Positions 8,126 to 15,974 of a stretch of 25,838 nucleotides of DNA are shown here, piece by piece. Both the position numbers and the translations under genes were made by a program. The DNA lies in the NCBI GenBank assembly GCA_049970895.1, contig JBMFMB010000018.1:1-25838 (forward strand), read 5' to 3'. Position 1 is the stretch's first letter; the number at the start of each line of letters is the position of its first letter. This DNA comes from Candidatus Bathyarchaeia archaeon. GTDB taxonomy: Archaea > Thermoproteota > Bathyarchaeia > Bathyarchaeales > Bathycorpusculaceae. Under the pieces are notes generated by a model that saw only the letters and a program-made list of their open reading frames with translations, searched no databases and was not told the DNA's origin.

Positions 8126-8908
8126 TTACATCTTATCTATCTTTGCTGCTATTTCATCCAGTATCCTTGTGAAGGGGTGTTCGGGCTTTTCATGAACAAA
8201 GATTATTTTCCCCTCAGCCCTTGAGATGTCGCAGAAGCATGGAATAACCCCCAAAAGCGGTACTTCATAAGTGTCCTTAACTAAAGCTTGTAGCTTTTCT
8301 TTTCCAGACCTTAAGGAGTCATCGTACAAAATCTTGTTTAGAACAATTTCGGTTTTCTTTTCAAAAAGGTCGTAGAGATCCCGAAGCATGCGTCTTGTTC
8401 CTTCAACGTCTGAGTTGTCAAGAGTTGAAGCCACTATGACGAAGTCGGCGCTCACTATGGCGTTTATTGATGAATACTGCAAGCCTGGACTAGTGTCAAA
8501 AACTATGTAGTCAAAGCCCTTGTCATTTAAAAGCGAATTTCTAAGCGATAGCAGCCTCCCAAGGGCGCGCATCTCCCACTTCCTATCCTTTGAGGACATG
8601 TCCCTAATGGCTTCCACAGACGGGTTGGCTAAGCCTACAAAAAATTTTCCTTGGTTGCCTATTCTCTCGCTTAGGTCAATTAAGACTTTGTCTATTTCGC
8701 AAACTCCGTTAAGGTAGTCGTTAAGCCAATATTCAACCTTATCCACATGTAAGAGTGTAGCAAGGCTTGGAGCCCTAAAGTCTAGGTCCAGGAGGCACAC
8801 CGTCTTGCCATGCTTAGCCAAAGTAACAGCTAAATTAATTGAGAGAAGCGTTTTCCCTGTTCCACCCTTGTAGGAGTGGATTGCCACGATCTTTCCCAAG
8901 GCTTTCAC
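8126..8908 (-). CDS. MinD/ParA family ATPase
   Basis: Deviant Walker A KGGTGKT, DLDFRAPSL, Walker B YIVFDTSPG, VLNK and LLGVIP. Confidence 0.93.
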   Translation of the reverse strand: MKALGKIVAIHSYKGGTGKTLLSINLAVTLAKHGKTVCLLDLDFRAPSLATLLHVDKVEYWLNDYLNGVCEIDKVLIDLSERIGNQGKFFVGLANPSVEAIRDMSSKDRKWEMRALGRLLSLRNSLLNDKGFDYIVFDTSPGLQYSSINAIVSADFVIVASTLDNSDVEGTRRMLRDLYDLFEKKTEIVLNKILYDDSLRSGKEKLQALVKDTYEVPLLGVIPCFCDISRAEGKIIFVHEKPEHPFTRILDEIAAKIDKM

Positions 8909-9282
8909 CCCTGACTCTCCTTATCAACGTAGAAGTAGGCTTTCCGTCCCTTACGCTCTTTTTTAAGGTATCCCATAATAACAAGCTGGTTTAAGTAGGC
9001 GCTTTCCACAGCCCTAGCCCTTCGGGTTTGCTGGGCAACCTCGTCGGCTGTTGCCCGTCCAAGCCTACAAACGGTCATGGCTGTCTTTCTTAGGTGGTCT
9101 GGCATGGAAAGAAGGGTCATAACATCTAATGGGGCTTCTTGTGGAATTGTTGGCAAGTCTCTTCTCCCATGTTTCTGGAGTTCAATCATTATTTCCATTT
9201 TCTCGTTTAGTTTTTCAAGGTTTTCCCTTATCTTCTCCAGGATTTGCAAGGGCTTCTTTCCGAGAGTTTCTTGATTGGACAC
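8905..9282 (-). CDS. Coiled-coil plus winged-HTH DNA-binding protein, coupled to the ParA/MinD gene
   Basis: N-terminal heptad ILEKIRENLEKLNEKMEIMIELQK. C-terminal ATADEVAQQTRRARAVESAYLNQLVIMGYLKKERKGRKAYF is wHTH-like. It overlaps the ATPase start by 4 bp. Confidence 0.8.
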   Translation of the reverse strand: MSNQETLGKKPLQILEKIRENLEKLNEKMEIMIELQKHGRRDLPTIPQEAPLDVMTLLSMPDHLRKTAMTVCRLGRATADEVAQQTRRARAVESAYLNQLVIMGYLKKERKGRKAYFYVDKESQG

Positions 9283-9463
9283 TGTTTTTCCCGTTGTGTT
9301 TTACGTGTGTACATATGGTAGTAGGAGAAAGAGTTTATTAAGTCTTACGAAACACTCATAATGATTCACAAACAGACGCAAACTTACAAAATCGAAAATG
9401 CCAAACAGAATTAGGACTAACAAAATTTAGAATGCAAAAATTTTGCTGAAAGAGAGAAAACGA

Positions 9464-9760
9464 TCAATATGGTATTGGGGCTTTATTCCTTGCCTCTTCA
9501 ACTATTGGCAGAACCTGCTTGAGCTCTTTGAAGTGCTTTAGAACTGTTATGCCCCTCTGGGTTATGGCGTAAACAACCCTGCGCTTGCCGATAGTTCGCT
9601 CCTCGACAAGGTTTTGCTTCATTAAGAAGTCCAAATACTCCTTCAAGACGCTGCAGTTCACATTAGCTTTATACATAATATGCGTCAGCTTCAATGGGCC
9701 CCGGTGAGCCAGTACCTTAAGGATGTCGATATACATTTCAAGCTTGGAGCGCCTCATCAT
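9464..9760 (-). CDS. Winged-helix transcriptional regulator (HTH_45/ArnR1-like)
   Basis: RRSKLEMYIDIL...THIMYKANVN......YLDFL....LV.......Y.IT.RG. A TATA-like CTTTATATAAA lies upstream on the minus strand (~9790-9800). Confidence 0.88.
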   Translation of the reverse strand: MMRRSKLEMYIDILKVLAHRGPLKLTHIMYKANVNCSVLKEYLDFLMKQNLVEERTIGKRRVVYAITQRGITVLKHFKELKQVLPIVEEARNKAPIPY

Positions 9761-9842
9761 CCAAACCTCTTTGCATATTTTCCCAAATTTTATATAAAGC
9801 TTTTATGGATTCAAACTAAGTCTTTTCCCTATTTAGTCTTCG

Positions 9843-10025
9843 TTAGGAACTGCTTTTCGCCTGTACTCTCATTAACACGTTTATTCTATTTTGAAACGCT
9901 GTGACCAAGTCGTCTACCAATATTTTTTGAAAATCTGTTGAAAGACCCTTGATGTTCTCCTTGAGAGCCTCAGCCATTTTAGCTTTTATTTCCCTTCTTT
10001 GTTTAGGGGTTAAATCTTTCCTCAA
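9843..10025 (-). CDS. Small basic helical hypothetical protein
   Basis: (M)RKDLTPKQRREIKAKMAEALKENIKGLSTDFQKILVDDLVTAFQNRINVLMRVQAKSSS. GGGAGG precedes TTG 10025 and a TTAAATA box lies upstream. Confidence 0.7.
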   Translation of the reverse strand: MRKDLTPKQRREIKAKMAEALKENIKGLSTDFQKILVDDLVTAFQNRINVLMRVQAKSSS

Positions 10026-10174
10026 CGGTTTTCCTCCCTTGTTCACGAACAGAATAGGCTAAGCGTATTTAACTAACTTATGAATAGCCAATCTATATTC
10101 AAAATCCACATTCCATTCCGCTCTTGTGAAGAGCTTGAACGGCTGGGCACCATCGGTTATTATTCTTCTCCAAA

Positions 10175-10666
10175 TTATATGATGTAGAGGCATATTATAT
10201 GGGTGTGGATTCTTCCTTCGAATATTTGTACGCTTTTTGTTGGCTTAAGCCCATTTAGGCTGTGGTCGTGGACGAGCACCCTCGTGCCTTTCTGACATTC
10301 TGACGCAATTTTTTCTGAAAGCCTCGAAATTATTGGTGGGAATGGATAAACGTATATCACGTTAAATCTTGACAGGTCAATTGTGAAAATGTCCGAGCAG
10401 ACAACGTCTATCAAGTGTTTAACTCCAGCGTTTCTTGCCTTTCTATGGGCTAGTTTGGCTAGTGCTGGGTCTATTTCAAATCCTATGCAGTAAACCCCAA
10501 ACTTTTTGGCAGCCTCTATTAGCACGGCTCCGTCTCCACATCCAAGGTCTGCAAAAACTTCGCCTGGCTTAACCTCAACCATGTTTAGGGCTGCGTTGAT
10601 AACTGATGTTGGGCTTGGGAGATAGGGGAACTCCAAAAGCCTCCTAATAATTGCTGACTCGTGCAA
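10175..10666 (-). CDS. Class I SAM-dependent methyltransferase, aKMT/FAM173-like (probable protein-lysine methyltransferase)
   Basis: PYLPSP, DLGCGDG, GFEID, DIFTIDLS..NVIYVY and GTRVLVHD. Confidence 0.8.
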   Translation of the reverse strand: MHESAIIRRLLEFPYLPSPTSVINAALNMVEVKPGEVFADLGCGDGAVLIEAAKKFGVYCIGFEIDPALAKLAHRKARNAGVKHLIDVVCSDIFTIDLSRFNVIYVYPFPPIISRLSEKIASECQKGTRVLVHDHSLNGLKPTKSVQIFEGRIHTHIICLYII

Positions 10667-10728
10667 TTGCCCTACTCCAATTAAAGTTAATTACTTCTCA
10701 AAGGTAAAAGTTAACTGTTGGTGGAGTT

Positions 10729-11094
10729 ATGCCCCGATTTGTGGTCCAACGGCATCACGCAACACATTTGCATTACGATTTTAGACTTGAGATGGACGGC
10801 GTTTTAAAAAGCTGGGCCGTCCCAAAAGGGCCCCCAACACAGCCGGGAATCAGAAGGTTAGCTGTAATGGTTGAAGATCATCCCCTTAGCTACATAGACT
10901 TTGAGGGTACAATACCAGAAGGAATGTATGGCGCTGGAAAAGTGGAAATCTGGGATAAGGGCACATACGCTCTGAAAAGCAGAAGCGCCACCAAAATAGA
11001 GTTTACACTAAATGGCGAGAAACTGGAGGGAGACTATGCCCTAATAATGTTTAAGGGGGATAAAAACTGGCTTTTAATAAAGAAGAAAACATAG
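10729..11094 (+). CDS. Stand-alone LigD 3'-phosphoesterase (PE) domain protein
   Basis: FVVQRHHATHLHYDFRLE, SWAVPKGP, RRLAVMVEDHPLSY and YGAGKVEIWDKGTY. Confidence 0.95.
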   Translation: MPRFVVQRHHATHLHYDFRLEMDGVLKSWAVPKGPPTQPGIRRLAVMVEDHPLSYIDFEGTIPEGMYGAGKVEIWDKGTYALKSRSATKIEFTLNGEKLEGDYALIMFKGDKNWLLIKKKT

Positions 11095-11135
11095 TTAATG
11101 CTTAAAGCTATAAAATGAAAGTGGAGGGAAACTGC

Positions 11136-11624
11136 ATGCTCAAGTTTGAAACTGTAAAAATTGAGGTGCCAAAAGACTGCAACGTGATTTTGGGAACAGC
11201 CCACTTCATAAAAACTGTTGAAGACTTGTATGAGGCTTTGGTTAACTCTGTTCCAAACATAAAGTTTGGGATAGGCTTCTGCGAAAGCTCAGGACCATGC
11301 CTTGTCAGACATGAGGGAAACGATGAGGAGTTGAGGCAGCTTGCCGCAAAAAAGGCTTTTGAACTCGCTTGCGGCCACAGCTTCATAATCTTCATCAAAA
11401 ACGCCTATCCAATAAACGTTTTAGACAAGATTAGAAAGGTGCCAGAAGTCTGCACCATTTACGCCGCCACGGCTAATCCGCTAGAAGTTGTGGTTGCAGA
11501 AACAGGGCAGGGTAGGGGGATAGTAGGCGTTATTGACGGTTTTAAGAGTAAGGGTATAGAGGCAGAAAATGATATTAGGGCTAGGAAGGAGTTTCTGCGG
11601 AAAATTGGGTATAAGCTTGGCTGA
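11136..11624 (+). CDS. DUF355 / adenosine-specific kinase family protein
   Basis: [40 protein letters not shown] and [13 protein letters not shown] 11136 follows GGAGG. Confidence 0.9.
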   Translation: MLKFETVKIEVPKDCNVILGTAHFIKTVEDLYEALVNSVPNIKFGIGFCESSGPCLVRHEGNDEELRQLAAKKAFELACGHSFIIFIKNAYPINVLDKIRKVPEVCTIYAATANPLEVVVAETGQGRGIVGVIDGFKSKGIEAENDIRARKEFLRKIGYKLG

Positions 11625-11677
11625 AAGAGGCTTGGTAGGGTGGAATGGGAGGACGCTGAAACGAAACGCTTCTTAAA

Positions 11678-11893
11678 TTATGGGGCTATTAATTCCTGCT
11701 GAACTTCAAAGGGAACTTTTTCCCTCATCCTTTCGGCGGCGTATGTAGCTAAAATTTTAAATTGTTTTTCTGTTAGGATGTTGCGTGCCCTTGATAGGAT
11801 GTCTAGGCATATTTCCTTAAAAACTAGGTCTGCGCACCTCATTTTCGCATCGTCAATTAGCTCTTTGCACGCTTGGAGGATTTGACTGTTCAA
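11678..11893 (-). CDS. Small helical hypothetical protein
   Basis: (M)NSQILQACKELIDDAKMRCADLVFKEICLDILSRARNILTEKQFKILATYAAERMREKV. A purine-rich GGGTGG precedes TTG 11893. Confidence 0.65.
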   Translation of the reverse strand: MNSQILQACKELIDDAKMRCADLVFKEICLDILSRARNILTEKQFKILATYAAERMREKVPFEVQQELIAP

Positions 11894-12049
11894 CGCGATT
11901 CCACCCTGCAACCCCTAGTTAACCAAGAAACATTAAAACATTTATGAATTCAGAAAACAGATTCAAAATACTGATTGTAAAGAACGTTTTTGGCATTTTA
12001 GCATGATTGTTATAAGGATGGTAAGCTACATAGTAATAGTGAACTTGCA

Positions 12050-12547
12050 ATGGAAAGCGCGGGCAAGAGCAAAGTCTACTTTATTGGGATTGTTGAAAAA
12101 GCCGGCGAAGAGGAAGCCAAAATAAGAGTTTTCTCAGAGTTTTGCAGTGGGCTTAAAGGTGTAGACGAATTCTCCCACCTAATTGTTCTCTATTGGTTCC
12201 ATTTACATGATAATGAGGCGGATAGGCGGACACTGCTGGTTTTTCCTAGAAGGCACATGGTTAATGTGGAAACTGGCGTTTTTGCTTGCAGAAGTCCATC
12301 CAGACCAAACCCAATAGGCTTATGCGTTGTAAAACTCATTAAAAGGGAGAACTGCATTTTGACGGTTAAAGGTTTAGATGCTTTTGAAGGCTCGCCAATA
12401 ATAGACATAAAACCCTACATTCCAGGCAAGGATTTCGTTGGAAAAGCTAAGGTTCCGGAATGGGTAGCTCATAGTGTGGTAAAGGATAAAAGGCTTGGTG
12501 TTAGATTCATGGTAGAAGGAGAAAAAGATGCACGTGTCTGCTGTTAG
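12050..12547 (+). CDS. tsaA: tRNA (N6-threonylcarbamoyladenosine(37)-N6)-methyltransferase TrmO/TsaA (YaeB) family
   Basis: FSHLIVLYWFH, GVFACRSPSRPNPIGL and GLDAFEGSPIIDIKPY. Confidence 0.92.
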   Translation: MESAGKSKVYFIGIVEKAGEEEAKIRVFSEFCSGLKGVDEFSHLIVLYWFHLHDNEADRRTLLVFPRRHMVNVETGVFACRSPSRPNPIGLCVVKLIKRENCILTVKGLDAFEGSPIIDIKPYIPGKDFVGKAKVPEWVAHSVVKDKRLGVRFMVEGEKDARVCC

Positions 12548-12549
12548 GT

Positions 12550-12900
12550 TGTCTGGGGTTTCGCCCTCATAGCTGTCAAGCGTAGCTAACTCCGCAAGTT
12601 CATCACGGGAGAGAACAACTCGGGTTTCGCCCTCATAGCTGTTAAGCGTAGAATAGGTTATGTGCCTAAAGCTCCCCGTGTTTACGAGTTTTTGACGGGA
12701 TTGGAGTTTTGGATTTTGTTGGCAGTGTTTACGGCATGAACCCAGAAGAGCGAAAGCTACGTATCGGGGAGTTTGTGAAGGCTTTAGACCTTGAGTATTA
12801 CCCTTATGTTGCCCTGGCCCATAAGCGGAATCATAGCCTTTGCGGTGATTTATGTAGCCTATAAACTAGCCTTAAACAGTACTGAGGAATCACTGCATAG
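12550..12900 (+). pseudogene. Possible degraded membrane-protein gene remnant
   Basis: Hydrophobic fragments in broken frames: GFALIAVKRRIGY...LEFWILLAVFTA* and ISGIIAFAVIYVAYKLALNSTEE. There is no intact ORF. Confidence 0.35.
12556..12651. repeat. Two 30-bp direct repeats (29/30 identical) separated by a 36-bp unique spacer
   Basis: GGGTTTCGCCCTCATAGCTGTCAAGCGTAG (12556-12585) and GGGTTTCGCCCTCATAGCTGTTAAGCGTAG (12622-12651). Confidence 0.9.
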
Positions 12901-13017
12901 TACAAAACAATAAAACAGAGACAACGCCCTGATTCAACATTAAAATCCGCGTGTTCTCCGAAAGCTCTTATATATCATAAATCTCTTAAAACCCTCTTCC
13001 GCAAGCTCGGTGTCTCC

Positions 13018-13992
13018 ATGTATAGGAAGCATTCAAAGAAAATTCTCGTCACAGGGGCAACGGGACAAATTGGTTCTGAACTCACGCTAGAACTGCGGAA
13101 CAGGTATGGTGGAGAAAACGTTGTTGCCGCTGGGCACAAAAGAAAGCCTAGCGAAGCCTTAGTAAGCTCTGGACCCTTTGAGTTTTTGGATGCTACAAAA
13201 AGGGAGGATGTTGAAAAAATCGTTAAGGAATATGATGTTGATACGGTTTATCATTTGGCTGCTGTGCTTTCAGCTGTTGGGGAAGAAAACCCGCAAAAAG
13301 CATGGAACATCAACATGGGAAGCCTCTACAATGTGCTGGAAATAGCGAGGCAATATGGCTTGAGGGTTTTTTGGCCAAGCTCCATAGCCGTCTTCGGTCC
13401 TGAAGCACCCCGCGTTAGGACTCCACAGAACACTGTTTTGATTCCAAGGACAATGTATGGCGTGACGAAGGTTGCTGGAGAGCTTTTGTGCAATTACTAT
13501 TTTCTCCGTTATGGTGTTGACGTTAGAAGCGTCCGCTATCCCGGCATAATAAGTAGTGAAACTCCTCCAGGTGGGGGCGCAACGGACTATGCTGTTGAAA
13601 TTTTTTATGAGGCTGTTAGGCGGAAGCGTTACACATGCTTTTTGAGGGCTGACACCGTTCTGCCAATGATGTATATGCCAGACTGCATAAACGCGGCCAT
13701 AACCATAATGGAGGCTGAAGCTTCAAGGATTAAATGCCGAACAAGCTATAATGTGGCGGCTATGAGCTTTTCACCAGCAGAACTTGTCGCAGAGATTAGG
13801 AAGTATATTCCAGATTTTGTCTGCGAATATAAGCCTGACTTTAGGCAGAAGATTGCGGACTCTTGGCCCATGTCCATAGATGACAGTGCCGCCCGTGAGG
13901 ATTGGAATTGGAACCCGAAATATGATTTGGCCACTACGACCCGCGACATGATTGAGAAGCTTTCAAAGCGTTTTGCTGAAGGGCGTCTCTAA
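13018..13992 (+). CDS. tdh: L-threonine 3-dehydrogenase, SDR/GalE-like type
   Basis: GATGQIG, HLAAVLSAVGE, PSSIAVFGP, YGVTK (YxxxK), RSVRYPG, PGGGATDYA and RQKIADSWP. It is adjacent to kbl. Confidence 0.9.
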   Translation: MYRKHSKKILVTGATGQIGSELTLELRNRYGGENVVAAGHKRKPSEALVSSGPFEFLDATKREDVEKIVKEYDVDTVYHLAAVLSAVGEENPQKAWNINMGSLYNVLEIARQYGLRVFWPSSIAVFGPEAPRVRTPQNTVLIPRTMYGVTKVAGELLCNYYFLRYGVDVRSVRYPGIISSETPPGGGATDYAVEIFYEAVRRKRYTCFLRADTVLPMMYMPDCINAAITIMEAEASRIKCRTSYNVAAMSFSPAELVAEIRKYIPDFVCEYKPDFRQKIADSWPMSIDDSAAREDWNWNPKYDLATTTRDMIEKLSKRFAEGRL

Positions 13993-14066
13993 AACGTTTC
14001 TTTTCGCCATTAATTCATAGGAAGTGTTAAAAGCCGTTTTAAATTAGACTATTTGAGGGAAAGGGC

Positions 14067-15266
14067 ATGGTTGAGAGGCATCCCACACGTTATTTGGCTG
14101 AGGAATATGAGCGCTTAGTAAGGGAGAACCTAAACTGGGAGCTTAAGGTTTTGGAGTCTGCCAGCGAGCCCATATGTGTAGTTAATGGAAAAGAGGTTTT
14201 GATGCTCTGCGCCAACAACTACCTAAACCTTGCAACCCACCCGAAAGTTGTAAACGCCATGATAGAAGCCACAAGAAAATATGGCGCTGGGGCTGGTAGC
14301 GACAGGTCTATTGCTGGAAACATGATACTCCACGAGGAGTTGGACAGACGCTTAGCAAAGTTCAAGAGGGCACCAGCATCGCTCACATTCCAGACTGGCT
14401 TCATGGTTAATGAGGGGCTTATACCACAGCTCGCGGATAAGGGCGACCTAATAGTTTCGGACGAGCTAAATCACGGTTCAATAATTGACGGTTGCAGGTT
14501 GAGCCGAGCGGACAGAGCCATATACAAGCATAAGGATGTTGAAGACCTAGCCCGCGTTATGGAGGAAGCCGAAAAACACGACCCACCCTACAACCACATA
14601 TGGATTATAACAGACGGAGTTTTCAGCATGGACGGAGACACGGCACCACTGCGGGAAATAGCCAAAATTGCAAAGGACCACGGCGCAGGCGTTTATGTGG
14701 ACGACGCCCATGGTGAGGGCGTTTTAGGCGAGGGTGGACGAGGAATAGTAAGCCACTACGGGCTTAGAAGGGACGAGGTGCACGTGGAGATGGGAACTTT
14801 CTCAAAGGCTTTCGGCGTAATAGGCGGACACATAACAGGCAGCGAAGAACTCAGAAACTTCGCCTATAATAAGGCTAGAAGTTGGCTCCTCAGCGGCGCC
14901 GTACCGCCCGGAGTGGCAGCCGCCTGCATAGCTGCAATAGACGTCCTCGAAACAGAGCCAGAACACGTCCAAAGAGTATGGGAAAACCGAAACCACCTGT
15001 TGGACGCCTTGCAAGATGCTGGCTTTGACACTGGCAACACAGAAACCCCAATTATCCCGGTCATGTGTGGAAAGAGCAAGGCCGCAAGAGACTTGGCGGA
15101 CTACTTGTGGACGAAGGGCATATTCGTACTGCCAATATTTTATCCAATGGTGGCGAGAGACAAGGCGAGAATTCGTGTCCAAGTATGTGCAAAACACACG
15201 ACAGAACAGCTTGACAGAGCAGCAGAAGCCTTCAAAGAGGGCGGCAAAAAACTCGGAATAATCTAA
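14067..15266 (+). CDS. kbl: Glycine C-acetyltransferase (2-amino-3-ketobutyrate CoA ligase), BioF/Kbl family
   Basis: ANNYLNL, SDELNHGSIIDG, TDGVFSMDGD, DDAHGEG, GTFSKAFG (PLP Lys) and ARIRVQ. It follows tdh. Confidence 0.88.
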   Translation: MVERHPTRYLAEEYERLVRENLNWELKVLESASEPICVVNGKEVLMLCANNYLNLATHPKVVNAMIEATRKYGAGAGSDRSIAGNMILHEELDRRLAKFKRAPASLTFQTGFMVNEGLIPQLADKGDLIVSDELNHGSIIDGCRLSRADRAIYKHKDVEDLARVMEEAEKHDPPYNHIWIITDGVFSMDGDTAPLREIAKIAKDHGAGVYVDDAHGEGVLGEGGRGIVSHYGLRRDEVHVEMGTFSKAFGVIGGHITGSEELRNFAYNKARSWLLSGAVPPGVAAACIAAIDVLETEPEHVQRVWENRNHLLDALQDAGFDTGNTETPIIPVMCGKSKAARDLADYLWTKGIFVLPIFYPMVARDKARIRVQVCAKHTTEQLDRAAEAFKEGGKKLGII

Positions 15267-15303
15267 AACCCTTAAAGCCTTCCACACCCCCTATTTTCAT
15301 TTA

Positions 15304-15918
15304 ATGTCTGAAATTGCAAAGGAGAAGCAACGGCTACGGGAGAAAATTTGGCGGGAAATGGAACAGTCTGGAGTGGCAACTTTTCCCCTTCCATGTTGGG
15401 GGAGAATCCCAAACTTTGTTGGGGCTGAAGCCGCCGCGGACAAACTTCGCCAGCTTGAGGAATGGAAAAAGGCGAAAGTTGTTTTTGTCAATCCGGACTC
15501 GCCCCAGCGTAGGGTTAGGGAGAACGCCCTAAAAGATGGGAAAATTCTCATAATGGCTTCGCCAAGGCTGAAGCGAGGCTTCATACTAATAGTTCCGGCT
15601 AAAGTGCGGGGGAAAGAGCACTATGCCTCAACGATAAGGGGCGCCTTCCAGTTTGGAGTTGAAACCCAAAACTTTCCAAAACCAGACCTAATTGTTGAGG
15701 GTTCGGTGGCTGTTGACTTACGTGGGCATAGGCTTGGAAAAGGCCACGGTTATGGCGATGTGGAAATAGAAATCCTGGAAAGGAGGTTTGGGGAAATCCC
15801 GGTCGCTACAACGGTTCATGACATGCAAGTGGTCGAAAATGTGCCATTCGAAGAGGGGGATAGAAAAGTCTCATTGATAGTTACGCCTACTAGGGTTATC
15901 CGAATAACCTCGCAATAA
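15304..15918 (+). CDS. 5-formyltetrahydrofolate cyclo-ligase family protein (COG0212/MTHFSD-like paralog)
   Basis: RIPNFVGAE, VNPDSPQ, PRL..GF, GSVAVD..G.RLGKG.GYGD.E and TTVHD.Q. Confidence 0.88.
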   Translation: MSEIAKEKQRLREKIWREMEQSGVATFPLPCWGRIPNFVGAEAAADKLRQLEEWKKAKVVFVNPDSPQRRVRENALKDGKILIMASPRLKRGFILIVPAKVRGKEHYASTIRGAFQFGVETQNFPKPDLIVEGSVAVDLRGHRLGKGHGYGDVEIEILERRFGEIPVATTVHDMQVVENVPFEEGDRKVSLIVTPTRVIRITSQ

Positions 15919-15974
15919 CAAAATCTAGAAGAGACTAGTGCTTTTGCTTTTTCAACAGCCAAAAATGTTGGTTT

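Noticed and set aside
10120-10134. Small hairpin GCTCTT-GTG-AAGAGC between the methyltransferase and the small ORF
   Set aside because: A 6-bp stem is within chance expectation and has no other support.
12556-12651. Formal CRISPR array call
   Set aside because: Only two repeats, no third copy at plus or minus 66 bp, and no cas genes or leader. It is kept as a repeat and a finding only.
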